Below, in pieces: positions 40,820-53,899 of a stretch of DNA of 64,000 nucleotides. This stretch comes from Rhynchobatus australiae (lineage: Eukaryota). The stretch spans positions 38,221,230 to 38,285,229 of the forward strand of contig JAUZTB010000011.1 in NCBI GenBank assembly GCA_034780895.1, in the 5' to 3' direction. Positions within the stretch are counted from its first letter, which is position 1. The number at the start of each line of letters is the position of its first letter. The notes beneath the pieces were generated by a model, which did no database searches, was not told where the DNA came from, and was given only the letters and a program-made list of their open reading frames with translations. Position numbers and translations under genes: made by a program.

Positions 40820-40930
40820 AAAATACACAGGAGACACTGCAGATGCTGGAATCTGGAGCAACATACAAAAAGCTGGAGGAATTCAGCAAGTCAGACGACT
40901 TCAATGGAGAGAAATGGACAGTTGACCATA
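40820..40930 (-). mobile_element. Penelope-derived terminal repeat fragment
   Basis: ctgcagatgctggaatctggagcaac...gctggaggaattcagc. An opposite-orientation fragment lies at about 41645-41712. Confidence 0.55.
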
Positions 40931-42424
40931 TTGACCAAATGGGTTTAGACCATCTAAAATACAGACTGAAAATACAGAGTTTTACAATAAACTCTTAGAA
41001 GCTGGCATTTTGCACACTCAAGGTGATCAGGCTTGGCTTCTGTAGTTGATTCTTCTGACTGTTTCTTGAACTTCTATCTTGTAGGTTGCCAACTGTTGTT
41101 AAACCCTCCCCATTATTGCTCTCTGCCTCCTTTGATGTCAATTCTCATGATGCTTAGAAGTATATACTGAAACCAGATTCTTCTATCTGAACCTCCAGCC
41201 TTTTGATAGTTATTTCTATGTAACGAAGGATTAGGAGACATCCTGTCTCCATATTCACATCTCTTACTCTACCATTGTAACAGCAAACTATTATTCACAT
41301 CTGTTCCAGCTTGATGACATTTCAGAATGAGAGCAGCTGTAAATGGGAGACTTGAGGCAAAGCAAAGATTGTTTTGATTAGGTAACTAAAGAAGATTCTA
41401 GCAGATGTCAAAACCATGAAGAGGTGGGCAGGGAAACCAAAAATTATTTGAAGGAAATGGAGACACTGGATTTACTTACACTGGACCAGAGAAAGTGAAT
41501 AGAATAAGTATAATATTTCCATATGAAGAGCTTAGATAAGGTGTAAAGACGTTTTGGTTTGCAGTTTGGGACAAGATGCCGTCAGTTTAATATTCACAAA
41601 GCACTGTTAGAGTGTGGAATGTTTTATCAGGTGTGGTTGAGGTCAACAATTCCTTTTCCCCTGATAGATGCTGTTCGATCCACTGAGTTCCTCCAGCAGA
41701 TTGTTGCTCCAATTCTTAGTTAAGCTTTTTTAAATATTTCACAGAATTTTAAATGAATATTGGATTATATGAATGTGATTAATATACAAGCAGAGATATC
41801 AAAATATATCCTTTAAAATATACAAGAAAATTAAGATCCTTTACATTTTGAAATATTTAAATGAGAAAAATAAAAAGCATGTACATTTTTTCTGGATAGA
41901 AAGTTAGCTAAGGATTAATTATGTCTGATAGGTCATTAAAAAAATCACTATGACCTAATGCCAGGAGATTTAAGAATTTCAAGGCAATTTACAACAAAAC
42001 TATTTTATATGTGTTCAGATTAATTCAAGCGATGTTGTTGATTGAAGGCTACCCGTGGAGAAATGTTGAACAACTGACAACTTCAAGATTTCTGTATGTG
42101 CAGAAGCCCTAAGTTGGCATCAATCTTACAGTCAACACCAATAGAATGGGGCCAACATATTGTCACTTATAAACTGACACACAACTCATCTGTATGCTGC
42201 CTTTCTCATAGGTGGATCTCAGTCAGAATAGCTTTTTCCTATTACATAGGACATGGATGTAACTTCAGTAATCCACATTCCAAACTGGAAAATAGTGCTG
42301 AATGCATCTAAGCACCTGGGGCATCAGAAATGTTGACTGCATAGGTTTTGCCATCAACATTACTAACAGGAATCTAAAAGTACAATGGCAATAAATATGA
42401 GAATAGCATAGAACCGATCTAGTT

Positions 42425-42575
42425 GGAGTCATAAGAGTCATACAGAATGGAAACAGGCCCTTTGGTCCAACTGTTCCATGCTGACCAAGATTCCCATTGA
42501 AGCGAGTCCCATTTGCCCGCATTTGGCCCTCTAAACCTTTCCTATCCATGTACCTGTCCAAGTACATTTTAAGGC
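42425..42575 (-). mobile_element. CR1 LINE extreme 3' end
   Basis: - strand YLDRYMDRKGLEG...gggcctgtttccattctgtatgactcttatgact. Confidence 0.8.
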
Positions 42576-45500
42576 TTCTGGTTGAAAAATGTTATACATT
42601 TGACTCTGGTTCCTAATTTGAAGCAAGGTTTTGCTGTCTTCTTCAAAGCTGAAGCTGAAAGTTCCTCATTCTTTTCTCCTTAATGTGAAGATTTCAGTTG
42701 GTAGTATCAATAGGACTGATATTGACCAAGTATGTATAAAGTGCACCATCCACCAAGTCCTGGCATTAAGTCTTATGCACCTGAACCGGATCTCCAGTCA
42801 CATTTGTACCCCTTGCCAGTGGATCAAAACTTTACTCTGTAAAGTCCATGTAGCAGCTTATGTGCAATGCTTACTCAAGCTAAATGAAACCATTCACAGG
42901 ACCTGAAATATCATGGACCATCCCAGCAATGACAAACCTGAATGCCACTTTACTATCATTGCTTAGGACCCTAAATCCTTTGAATTTGACATCACCCTGA
43001 ATGAGACAAAATGGATAAACAGTTTAAAAATCAATGAAGTGGGTACACTTTCTTCTGGAAGGGTAAACCAGAAGAGAAATGCTGTTTTCACAGAGTGCAG
43101 AAAATATCCAAGGATACACCAAAAGCCCTGAGAAATATGCTACATCCTCACTGACTCTTGAGAATCCCAGGTCCTTATGCATCAATAGCACCCACAAGCC
43201 CTGTGTAAATGGTGAAGGACCACACCATCTCAAAATCTACTCACCCAGCCACGCACTCCATGGAAGAGTCTATGGTTCCACATTCAGTCTCCTCAAAACT
43301 GGAGTGGAACCAAGTCACCCTTCATTCTAACGGACATTCTCAGAAGAATATAATCAACTTCAAAAAATATGTGTGGTGGAACAACAAGAGAAATCAACCA
43401 GCAGGGGGCAACAAGAAGCTATTGATGGAGGGACTGTGACCTTGAAGCATGTCAAGTGCTAAAAGGAGTAAAACTGCTTTTAGATTACCACAGTGCTGTC
43501 AGCTTTAAAACCTTGCACCTCGTATAGTAGCAGTAATGGCAGATATAAATTTTCCTCTACATGGACAGCCTTTTCCCTATGGGTCTCTGAACTTTCAAAA
43601 CTGCTGCTTTCTCTGATGGTCTCATGGAGAGGAGAGATAGTTTCTGTATCAATCAAACTTATTGATCACAGTAGCATGAGAGACTAACTTTGATTTTCCT
43701 TCACTAACTGTACGTTTCTGGAGAATAACTCCTAAGATGCAGGAGAAGGAACTTAAAAGTGATGATATTGAAGGAAGGGAGAAACTTACNNNNNNNNNNA
43801 ATTATCACACGAAGCCAGAAGCATCCTTTAAAGAATGAATCCTTTACTGGTTTAGACTTCCACATGTTCTGATTGCTCTAACTGTACATGAATGGCTGGC
43901 ATAACTCATACCTGTTCTCAACACATCCTCTGATTTTGTACTGAATAAAAGGCAAGAGGATTAATAATTAAATTTGTCTTGGATAGGCCGATTGGTGGAT
44001 CATTTAGATTTTCAATTTCAGCCTCAGCATAGCAGTAGTAGAAAAATATGGTACAAAAGGTTAGAAGAGTAAAATAATTGTCATGAGTGAGACTTAAAAT
44101 TTTGGCAATTCCAGTATAGCAAGACCTTTAAAAATAACCTCTGGAGTAGCATAACTGCTACTTTTGTTTGATAAGAAATCTTATGAAGGGATGTCTAACT
44201 TAGCTATACCTTTGATGCCTTCCTGTAAAGAAATAAAGTGCCTTGTATAGCAGATCTTAGTGGATAAGTTGATGTGAGGTTTTCCATGGTGTGAGACTAA
44301 TGACCACGACTACACTTCAGACCATTCCTCCACTTAAGGAGTATATGGTGCAATGTCCTTGTTCCATAGAGAGTTGACCAAGCTTTACAGGGAGTGGGCA
44401 GGGTAGTTGAATTGAAGCCAGAAACCACTGCTGTTGATTCAGTGATAAAGTGTTGGTTCTTTATGCTTATTTTTATCTGCTTGGATAATGAACCCATATC
44501 AGCTCCATGACTATTAACAGCTGTTTTTCAGAATGGGCAACATGGTGTAGTTTTCAAGTCTTTGTAAACAGGAAGGTTGATGTTGTGTATGAAAACTTCC
44601 AACTCATGGACNNNNNNNNNNNNNNNNNNNNNNNNNNNNNNNNNNNNNNNNNNNNNNNNNNNNNNNNNNNNNNNNNNNNNNNNNNNNNNNNNNNNNNNNN
44701 NNNNNNNNNNNCCCAACTCATGGACATGCATGAAACCAGTCAATGATGGCTTCCGTGACAGCAACATAGGTTATCAAAGTAGAAGAATATAAGTTCATGT
44801 ACTTACAAAAAGTAGAAAGATATGGGAACAGACACAAAATGGGTTATTTTGCCTGGAGACAGGACTTGTTTGCAGTATTTAACTATTTCTTTTCCCACTG
44901 CCTTTAATGATACATCTTTTTGTCCATTTCTAGAAAATGGACTAACTGGTAAGTTAGATTATAAAAATGCCAAAGAACTAGAATAGTTCAAAAACTATTA
45001 CTTTGGAGAAACAATATTCATCTTAGATGGTCAGGATGAAAGTTTCCCCTTTCTTATGGCCATAAAAATTCTCAACCAAGTGGACTTGCTCAAGCTAATT
45101 TGTAAGAGGCCAAGTATCTAGGTTTGATTATAACATAATTATCTGGCACTGGGTTGTGAGGTACATTTGGAAGATTCACATTGATGGCTGCCATGAGCAA
45201 TAAAATGTAATATTGATATATTAGGAGGTACTCTTCTGTGACTGCTAAAAACTCATTGTAAGAAAAAAATTCTTAGCAGAGGTACGAAAGGCAGTTGAAT
45301 GTGGATGTGCTTCTCTCTATCTTAGTGCCATGATTTTCCATCCATTAATTTAGTTAATGAAAAATAATGAGATGATGCCCATATTCCTTTTAATACTTTC
45401 TGGTTTGCAAAATTGTTGGACTTGTCACTGGCAATGAAAATTTACTCAACTGATTGAGGCAGAATAAGAGCCATTTTTTCCCTGTTTTCTTATTAAATCT

Positions 45501-45693
45501 CATGTGCTATAGACAACTGAGGGTTTCCTGACACTGCTCACCTTCATAAAATAAAACAGTTCTGTTGCAAAATAGTAATTTTTTTACCTCTTTTTTTCTA
45601 GATTTTCTCCATGCATTTTGAGCTCTCTCATGCTTTGGAGCAACATCCAGTAAAAATATTGGTACTTGCTACATGACAATGCTTTTTTTAAGG

Positions 45694-46230
45694 ATAAGAT
45701 AAGATTTCTTTATTAGTCACATGTACATCAAAACACACAGTGTTTTCGTAGAATGTTCTGGGGGCAGCTCACAAGTGTCGCCATGCTTCTGGCGCCATCA
45801 TAGCATGCCCATAACTTCCTAACCCGTACGTCTTTGGAATGTGGGAGGAAACTGGAGCACCCGGAGGAAACCCACGCAGACACGGGGAGNNNNNNNNNNN
45901 NNNNNNNNNNNNNNNNNNNNNNNNNNNNNNNNNNNNNNNNNNNNNNNNNNNNNNNNNNNNNNNNNNNNNNNNNNNNNNNNNNNNNNNNNACATCAAAACA
46001 CACAGTGAAATGCATCTTTTGCGTAGAGTGTTCTGGGGGCAGCCCGCAAGTGTCGCCATGCTTCCATCGCCAACATAGCAGGCCCACAATTTCCTAGCGT
46101 GTACTTCTTTGGAATGTGGGAGGAAACCAGAGCAACCAGAGGAAACTCACACAGACACGGGGAGAACGTACAAACTCCTTACAGACAGCATCTGGAATTG
46201 AACCTGGGTCGCTGGCGTTGTAAATAGTGC
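45694..46230 (-). mobile_element. V-SINE variant with Rex1-like tail; two similar copies either side of a 100-N gap
   Basis: Reverse-complement V domain ggaatgtgggaggaaactggagcacccggaggaaacccacgcagacacggggag, with tail ...cactgtgtgttttgatgtacatgtgactaataaagaaatcttatcttatc on the - strand. Confidence 0.8.
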
Positions 46231-46234
46231 TGCA

Positions 46235-47000
46235 GAATGAGCATGTCTTTGAGAGACTAAGTACAAAAATCTATTTGGTCACAGTTGAGCAGAAGGAAGC
46301 TATCACACTATTATGAGATTTCAGTAAGCCTTCAAACACTGGGAGGAGATAGAGATATAAATCTGCAGGAGAGAGTGATTGGTTGATCCGGTTCTGGAGA
46401 TTGAGGTGAGCCAAGTCGACCAAGGATCGATAAGAGAATACTTAGGGAGTAGTGGTCACTGGATCATTATGCTTGGACTAAATGGAGAAATCTGGAGTGA
46501 AATTTCATATTGAAGGAGAAGTAACTTCAATGGGATGAGAAGGAATCGGGCTAGGATAAACTGGAAGCAAATATTGAAAGGTAAAACTTTAAAGGAACAT
46601 TGTGCAACCCTTAAAGAGGAAATACTTCTATATTTTCTGTTATATTTCAGGAACAGGGTAAGATCGTTCCCACAAGGGGGTCAAGGAAATGAACCAAAGC
46701 CAGAGACCCTTGGAAATCAAGTGAAATAAAGAAGATGGAATAAAAGGAGGGGGGACACTGCATGTCAGGTGAATAACTCCAGTGAGAAGCAGACTGAATA
46801 TAGTAAATTGAAAAGGGGAGTGGAAAGGAAAACAAAAAAAAGAAGAAGGGTATGAGAAGAGAATAACAATTAGCATAATAGGGAAGTCAAAAGTTGTCTA
46901 TAGACACATAAAAGCTAAGTGGATACTAAGATGAGAGTGTAGCTGATTATGCAAAAAGGAGGTGATCTATGCATCAAGACAAAAGGCATAGATGGAATAT
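46235..47000 (+). mobile_element. Decayed CR1 ORF2 5' (endonuclease/linker) fragment
   Basis: Purine-rich; gggagtagtggtcac..., ggataaactggaagcaa..., agcataatagggaagtcaaaagttgtctatagacacataaa. Confidence 0.5.
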
Positions 47001-50000
47001 TTTTGGTTTAGTTCAGGATGGTTTTTAGTTATTATCATTATGTGACAAAAACAGATGTTTTCAGTTATTTTAAAAGTAGGCAAATGCATCAACTTTCAAT
47101 TTCTATAGTAAGTTGCAACTAAATTGCTAATGGCAATAAATAATATCTTCATNNNNNNNNNNNNNNNNNNNNNNNNNNNNNNNNNNNNNNNNNNNNNNNN
47201 NNNNNNNNNNNNNNNNNNNNNNNNNNNNNNNNNNNNNNNNNNNNNNNNNNNNNNNNNNNNNNNNNNNNNNNNNNNNNNNNNNNNNNNNNNNNNNNNNNNN
47301 NNNNNNNNNNNNNNNNNNNNNNNNNNNNNNNNNNNNNNNNNNNNNNNNNNNNNNNNNNNNNNNNNNNNNNNNNNNNNNNNNNNNNNNNNNNNNNNNNNNN
47401 NNNNNNNNNNNNNNNNNNNNNNNNNNNNNNNNNNNNNNNNNNNNNNNNNNNNNNNNNNNNNNNNNNNNNNNNNNNNNNNNNNNNNNNNNNNNNNNNNNNN
47501 NNNNNNNNNNNNNNNNNNNNNNNNNNNNNNNNNNNNNNNNNNNNNNNNNNNNNNNNNNNNNNNNNNNNNNNNNNNNNNNNNNNNNNNNNNNNGGTTTTAA
47601 CGTTAATCCTTTCCCAGAGTTATCCAGTCACATCATTTACCAGTATATTCTTCTACTTGTCCACAGACATACATGATAGATGTGCAATAAATGCACAAGA
47701 TCTGCATTTTTTAAAAGTCACATTCTTAAAGCAGAATACATAGTTGACATCACAATATATATTGCAAAACAGAGTTCCATTAATATAAAAATTAAAAATC
47801 TGAAGTTTTATGTGGGTCTTTAGTGTGCTTGTTGTTATCAGCAAAATCCAAAAAATTCAAAATCTATGTAGATTTGACATTACTCCATTCCAGCAAAAAA
47901 CCTCAGTCATTTGCATTTCAAATAATATGCAAAGTTCTTCCAGTTCATTGAATGCTTCATGCCTGATTTTTTTATAATCAGTTTTAATGGGCAGAAAGTG
48001 GGGAATGCTGCAAACTTTTGCACTGATCCAGTTCTTTGTTAATTGCAGTGGAAGATGAAACATGGAAAATGACCCTTGGAGGTATTGCATCCAATGTAAG
48101 TATAATTACTATAGGAAGGGTACAGAAGTTAACATGTCAGAAAAGTTTCCTGAGAAGAGATATGCTAATTTATCTTTGCAATTGAGTGCAAAAAGTGGGT
48201 GCTTAAGAGTAATAATGAAACAAAATATTTTAAACCAGATGTAGATTTGCAAATGATTCATTGAACAAAGTGTGATTTAAGTTGTCTGTGAACTTTGGTA
48301 AGTTGTAAAACTATTCCTAAAATGTTAATAATAATATATTTTTATTTATAGTATCNNNNNNNNNNNNNNNNNNNNNNNNNNNNNNNNNNNNNNNNNNNNN
48401 NNNNNNNNNNNNNNNNNNNNNNNNNNNNNNNNNNNNNNNNNNNNNNNNNNNNNNNTAAAAAATAGAAGTGATTCAGTTCTGTAGTAGTTTCTGTAAGATA
48501 AAAGCCATTACACAAAACATTGCAAAATATAGATCTTGTTTCGGTGTTGGTGGTAGAGCGTTAATGTGCTTCATTTCTGCATTTTCACTCTCTAGCTGAT
48601 CTCAAGATGAAGATATTATTTTTCTGGAACTAGTAGCACGTCAAACTTAACTTGTTGGCAAAAAATTACCTATTTTGTAAAAAATTTCTTCAGCCTGTAG
48701 CATATGCCAACAATTTTATTGGATGATGTTTCATTACAAGAGAGAGGTCAAAATACCCAGAGAAAATCTAACCATGTATTTCTTTTAAATCCATCAAAAT
48801 GACAACAAAACTAAGAGTCATATACAAAGAGTAATCCGAAATCTCAAGTATAATAAGAGAAACATGTCAATGGATTCCAGGATGCTATCTGGTTTTCAAT
48901 TCTGATTAGTTTACCTAGCCAAGCATCCTTACTGCATCTAACTCCAATTCTTTTCTGCATCCCTAAATACATTTGCTGAGCTCATCCCATTCATGAGAAC
49001 TGCTTCTTTCTTACTTCCATCAAACTGTAGATTACCCAGCTGCCCTTTCTGGCCCTTTTGCTAACTGACCTTATAAAACTTTTGCTCCCCTCAGGTCTTG
49101 TCAATACTACTCATCACTTCAAAAACTCTCCCCCAGCCCTCTCTGGACTTGTAACTACTGCCATATCCGCTCCTAAATACCCCATTGCTTTATTCCTTGT
49201 TAACTCTATTCTCATTTTGTTTCAAATTTGCTATTGGAAGCCCCAACAATCATGTTTCTACCTAATGGGTGCATCCTCCCTTGGTTGCACATTCACCTGT
49301 CAGATAAAAGACTGTGTATATCAGTTATGAGTTTTCTTCCATCCCCTGGTATTTACCTCCAGATCTATTCTTGTTTCGCACCTCTTGATAACCCATATAT
49401 GTGCTACCTTTGTCAACATAATTCACAAGAATGAGATCAATGTTCATATCTGCACTGAAGACACTCAGTTCTACCTCACTATCACCAGTCTTGACCTCTG
49501 CTGGATAAATTTGGATAAGCTGAAAATTCCTTTGATCAAACCCATTGCTTCTGTTCTTGCCTCAGTCCCTCTGCTGCTAAAACTCCCATCAATACTTTTG
49601 ACACCTCAAAACTTAATGTTTCTAATTCCCTTTTGATTGATCTCTGAATCTCTGCCCTACTAAAACAAAACTGCTTTTCTTCAGTTCAGTGTTAAGTCCC
49701 ACCTACTCATCATTCTTGTCCTTGCTTCCAGTCAGAAAACCCTTCAATGCATAATTCCCATAATCATGTTTAACTCCTTTNNNNNNCTGGATCTGTGACC
49801 TCACCTAGTCCTGCATCTCTCTTCCTTCGACTGTCTGCTTGTGCGTTGTCCCTTCACTGGTAGTAGTCTTCAACTTCTTCCCCATTAATATCCTCCCTAA
49901 ACCCACCTCTTTAACCAAGCTTTTTAATCACTGTTTCAATATCTGCTTTGGCTAAGGATTCACTTTCTTACATTACATTTCCATGAATTACCTTGGAACA

Positions 50001-50079
50001 TAAATGCTTGTTGTTATGGTTCCCCACTGGAAGCATGGAATGAGTGAACTTAACCTAAAATGAAATAAAATGTCACTTG

Positions 50080-50225
50080 CCAGTTCCTGCACTCTGTTAT
50101 TGCTTTTCCTTTGAACTACTTTGGTGTACTGATGTGATGAAATAATCTGTATAGATGGCATGCAAAAAAAAGTTTTTCACTGTATTTCAGTACCTATGGC
50201 GATAATAAACCAATTTACCAGTTCC
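50080..50225 (+). mobile_element. Rex1-like LINE/SINE 3' tail
   Basis: gcactctg...tttttcactgtatttcagtacctatggcgataataaaccaatttacca. Confidence 0.5.
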
Positions 50226-51004
50226 ACTGTGGAGGGAAGAAGAGTCCAATGAATAGAAAGAAGGGTGTCACAACACAACCCCAACAAAGGGAAACATATT
50301 TGTAACTGATATGAAGGAATTTTACCATCAGTTTGACTCCAATTCACTTCATTGAATAAGTAAGGCCATAAAGACAAGAACAGACAGACTTTAAAAATCA
50401 ATTATATTGCCTTGTCCATTGTAGTATTGTTGGTCATGACATGTTTATTTAATCTGTCCTGCAAGAGGGAACTTTTATTTGTCTGGAGCATGAATTGGAG
50501 ATAGGATGCAAAGTTAGAGCACTGAGTCACTGACAAAAAGATCCAAGAATGGTTATGGCACACAAGGATGACATTTGGTCCATTGAGTCATGGCAGTCCT
50601 GTACCGCTCAGATTCAGCACAATGGATTTGTTAAATTAGCCCACAGATATCAGGTTCATCAATAATTTCATTAATTTTGCAAAAGGATTTTGAAAGCCTA
50701 GGCAGACATGCTCTGGCAAACTTAATAGTTATAAGAATTCCCATACGTACTGGAACATTAGTAAGAATGAATTACAGTGCCAGGTTAGTATGAAGGACAC
50801 AGCAAATAATTGTTTTGTGCAGTACTCAATGGATAAGTGCCAACATTTCTTAAGGGAGTAACTGACCTATACTGACCAGAAAGTTCCATGGCTAATTCCC
50901 TGGTCTGGGTGTAGTTAGCAATTCGCAAACAGGGCAGTGACATGGCTTTTGAAATTAAGTTTACTATTCCCTATCACTCCCCAGTCAAGTTTGATTTCTA
51001 ATTT

Positions 51005-51110
51005 TTCCTTGATCTGATGAAAAGCCATTGCTCTGAAATGTTAACTCTCTCTGTCCCTACAGATGCCGCTTGATTTGCTGACTATTTGTAGTATATTTTG
51101 TTTTATACAT
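51005..51110 (+). mobile_element. Penelope-derived terminal repeat, degenerate hammerhead core
   Basis: ctgatga-aaagccattgctct-gaaa-tgtta...acagatgccgcttgatttgctga. Confidence 0.55.
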
Positions 51111-51699
51111 CACTATTCAGTTTTCAATAATAGAGATGCACGTGAGTAGACATTAGACAAGAATGACATTATGCTTGGCTCTAATGTTTCTTGTTAACAA
51201 CGAGCCTGCAAAAATTCACTGTTGAGATTCTTGTGAATAATGGCACTTGGATGAGATATGAGGTAAAAACTGGTTTGTATGGAATTGTTTCCTTGTAAAG
51301 ATTAAAAAAGGCAAAGAGGGAAAATAAAATATTCACCATATAAAACTTGTTAAATACAGAAGTGAAATATTTCAATATGAAGATAAGTGTCCAGCAGAGA
51401 TCTTAACATCAATGTTATTTGGGTTNNNNNNNNNNNNNNNNNNNNNNNNNNNNNNNNNNNNNNNNNNNNNNNNNNNNNNNNNNNNNNNNNNNNNNNNNNN
51501 NNNNNNNNNNNNNNNNNNNNNNNNNAACAGCAGACCTGATAATAAATCAGAGCAAAGAGAGCAGTGGATTCAGATGAAGAAAATGGCAAAGCTTTGATAC
51601 TTAGGGGAGTAAATTAGGACATTTTTTAAAGCAATACCTGGCCACATAAGGACTAAAATGCAGTCCTAGATGCTGAATCATGTGAAGGCTTCACAATGT

Positions 51700-52035
51700 G
51701 GGTGGCACAGTGGAGCAGCTAGTAGAATTGCTGCCTCACAGCTTCAGAGACCAAGTTCAACCCTCACCTTGGGCGGTATCTGTGAAGGTTGCATATTCTC
51801 CCTGTGATCAGGTGGGTTTCCTCCAGGTGCTCCAGTCTCCCCTACAGCCTAGGGATATGTGAGTTGTTAGGTTAATTGACCACTGTTAATTATCTGAGTG
51901 TGTAGGTGAATGGTAGGGAATCTGTGGGGAATTGATGAAAATGTTCGATTAATGATTAGTATAAATGGATGGTTGATGGTCAGTGCAGACCTAGTGGGCT
52001 GAAGGACCTGTTTTCATGCTGTATCTCTCCATATC
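51700..52035 (+). mobile_element. V-SINE (HE1-like) with CR1-type tail
   Basis: gtggcacagtgg...gctgcctcacagc...ttctccctgtgatcaggtgggtttcctccaggtgctcc...gggctgaaggacctgttttcatgctgtatctc. Confidence 0.8.
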
Positions 52036-52307
52036 TCTAATGGGCTAACTAGCACTATTTCCCATGTGCTTTTTCTGTAGGCCTCTGTGAGTACGGGCTG
52101 GATGCCCATATATGCATCCTCATACTAGTTGGCACTGTTCTGAGTTGACACAGTTTTAGGGTGGCCATTGTTCAACAGGAGACCAAATCTAAAAGCACTA
52201 AAAACTGTACTTTTGCCATACATGTCCAAAAACCAAGGTATGGGTCTCAGAGACGATGGGTGAGTGGCGCTGGGCACGAGTTGGGAAAGGAGCAGCATTA
52301 AATGTAT

Positions 52308-53437
52308 ACCATATGCATGGGAATGTTTCTTTTGTTACTGCTATCTGTCACCTGCCTTTCAAGCTGATCCTTATGCAGGGAGGTAGGCTTGAGGAAGCAA
52401 AACTGATGAAAAAAGGGAGGCCAGCAGAAATGCATTGGAATAGTCTAGTCTAGTTATGTTTCAGTGGTCGAAATAGGTCGACATAGACTTATTGTCCAAA
52501 GTTCACCTCAGGGTTAAGCATGACCTCAAGTTTACATCAGTTTGATTCAATTTCAGACAGCTATCAGGCATGAAATCGGTGGCAAGGAAACAAAGTTGGT
52601 ATGAGGGGTTCTAATTGCATATCAGCATGAGGTATTTTCACCAGCAGAGATATTCAAGGCATAGCAGGTATTGTGGGTGCAAGCAGAGCAATTCTTCTGT
52701 ATTTTAAATTGCTTTGAATCTCTTCATTATTTTTTGAGGAACTCCTATTGAAAACCCTTTGATGTAAAAATGGGTGGGAGCTAGAGATAACTTGTATACT
52801 TACCTACCATAACAAGAGGAGGCCATTCTGCCTGTCAAGTCCATGCCAACTCCCAGAAGAGCAGACCCATTTTGTACTGCTGCAATTTAGTTTCCTTCAC
52901 GTTTCCATAAACTCCCCCTTTACCACTTATCTATACTATGGGGCAATTTACAGTCGCCGATTAACCTACTAGCAGATCTTTAGAATGAGGGAGGAAACGG
53001 AACACCCGGCAGAAACCTACACAGTCACGGGAGGAACGTAATAAGGATCCATCCCAGGAGCCATGAGGAAACAGCACTAATTGCTGCACCACTGTGCTAC
53101 CAATTGCAACCAAAACTTGAGGAACCGGTAGCAGCAGAAGAGTGAACAATAAAAAGCTAGAAAAAATTAATAAAGAGATCGTCAAAATACGATAACTATG
53201 TTTTGCATATGGTATACATTTAATGTTGCCAAACAATTTTTAATTCTCTTTTCACACGGATGTTATTTATGTCTGAGGCACAGGCACATAAGAACAGGCT
53301 CACAGAGGGAAGCAAAGATAATCTGAGAGCATCACCCGTCACAGATAACCATATTGGGAATGTTTCTTTTGTTACTGCTGTCACCTGCCTTTCAAGCTGT
53401 TTCTTATTCAGGGAGGTAGGCTTGAGGGAACAAAACT
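52308..53437 (+). repeat. About 90-bp direct repeat, copies at 52308-52404 and 53348-53437
   Basis: gggaatgtttcttttgttactgct..gtcacctgcctttcaagctg..cagggaggtaggcttgagg..caaaact is present twice. Confidence 0.85.
52780..53100 (-). mobile_element. V-SINE remnant
   Basis: gggaggaaacggaacacccggcagaaacctacacagtcacggg...gcaccactgtgctac (reverse-complement V domain and head). Confidence 0.65.
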
Positions 53438-53444
53438 ACAGGAT

Positions 53445-53660
53445 GCCCTCCAGGTGCACACCATCCTGATTCGGAATTTTATCTTTGCTCCTTCGTTGTT
53501 GAAAGGTTTAAAATGTGGAACTCCCCCTCCCCCGCACCTTAGAAATGTCTTCACCAGAAGGACTGCAGCAGCTGGAGAAGGCAGCTTACTACCAACTTCT
53601 TCAGGATAATTAGGTATGAACAATAAATCTCTACCTTACCAGTTATGCTCGAATTAAAAT
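53445..53660 (+). mobile_element. 3' end of the same LINE family
   Basis: cacaccatcctga...ggaactccc...ggactgcagcag...ggcagcttactaccaacttct...caataaat. A similar tail lies at about 17800-17915. Confidence 0.6.
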
Positions 53661-53899
53661 GACAATCCAAGTTTACGTACCACAACTATCGGGCATACCC
53701 CGTCATACAACGAGAGGCAATAAACGAAGATTCCCTTCTAATTTGAAAATTAAATTATTTTCATATATATTTACTTTTATGAACAGGAAATTCAGGAACA
53801 GGGATGCCAAACACAACCTTTTACTACTCATTACAGGCTGCGATGCATTGATTTATGTATATATTACTTAATTTTCATTTATCAATTGGAATAAATTAC

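Noticed and set aside
42930-43790. Several short ORFs, possible decayed LTR-retrotransposon remnant
   Set aside because: No diagnostic gag, RT or integrase motif that I can support.
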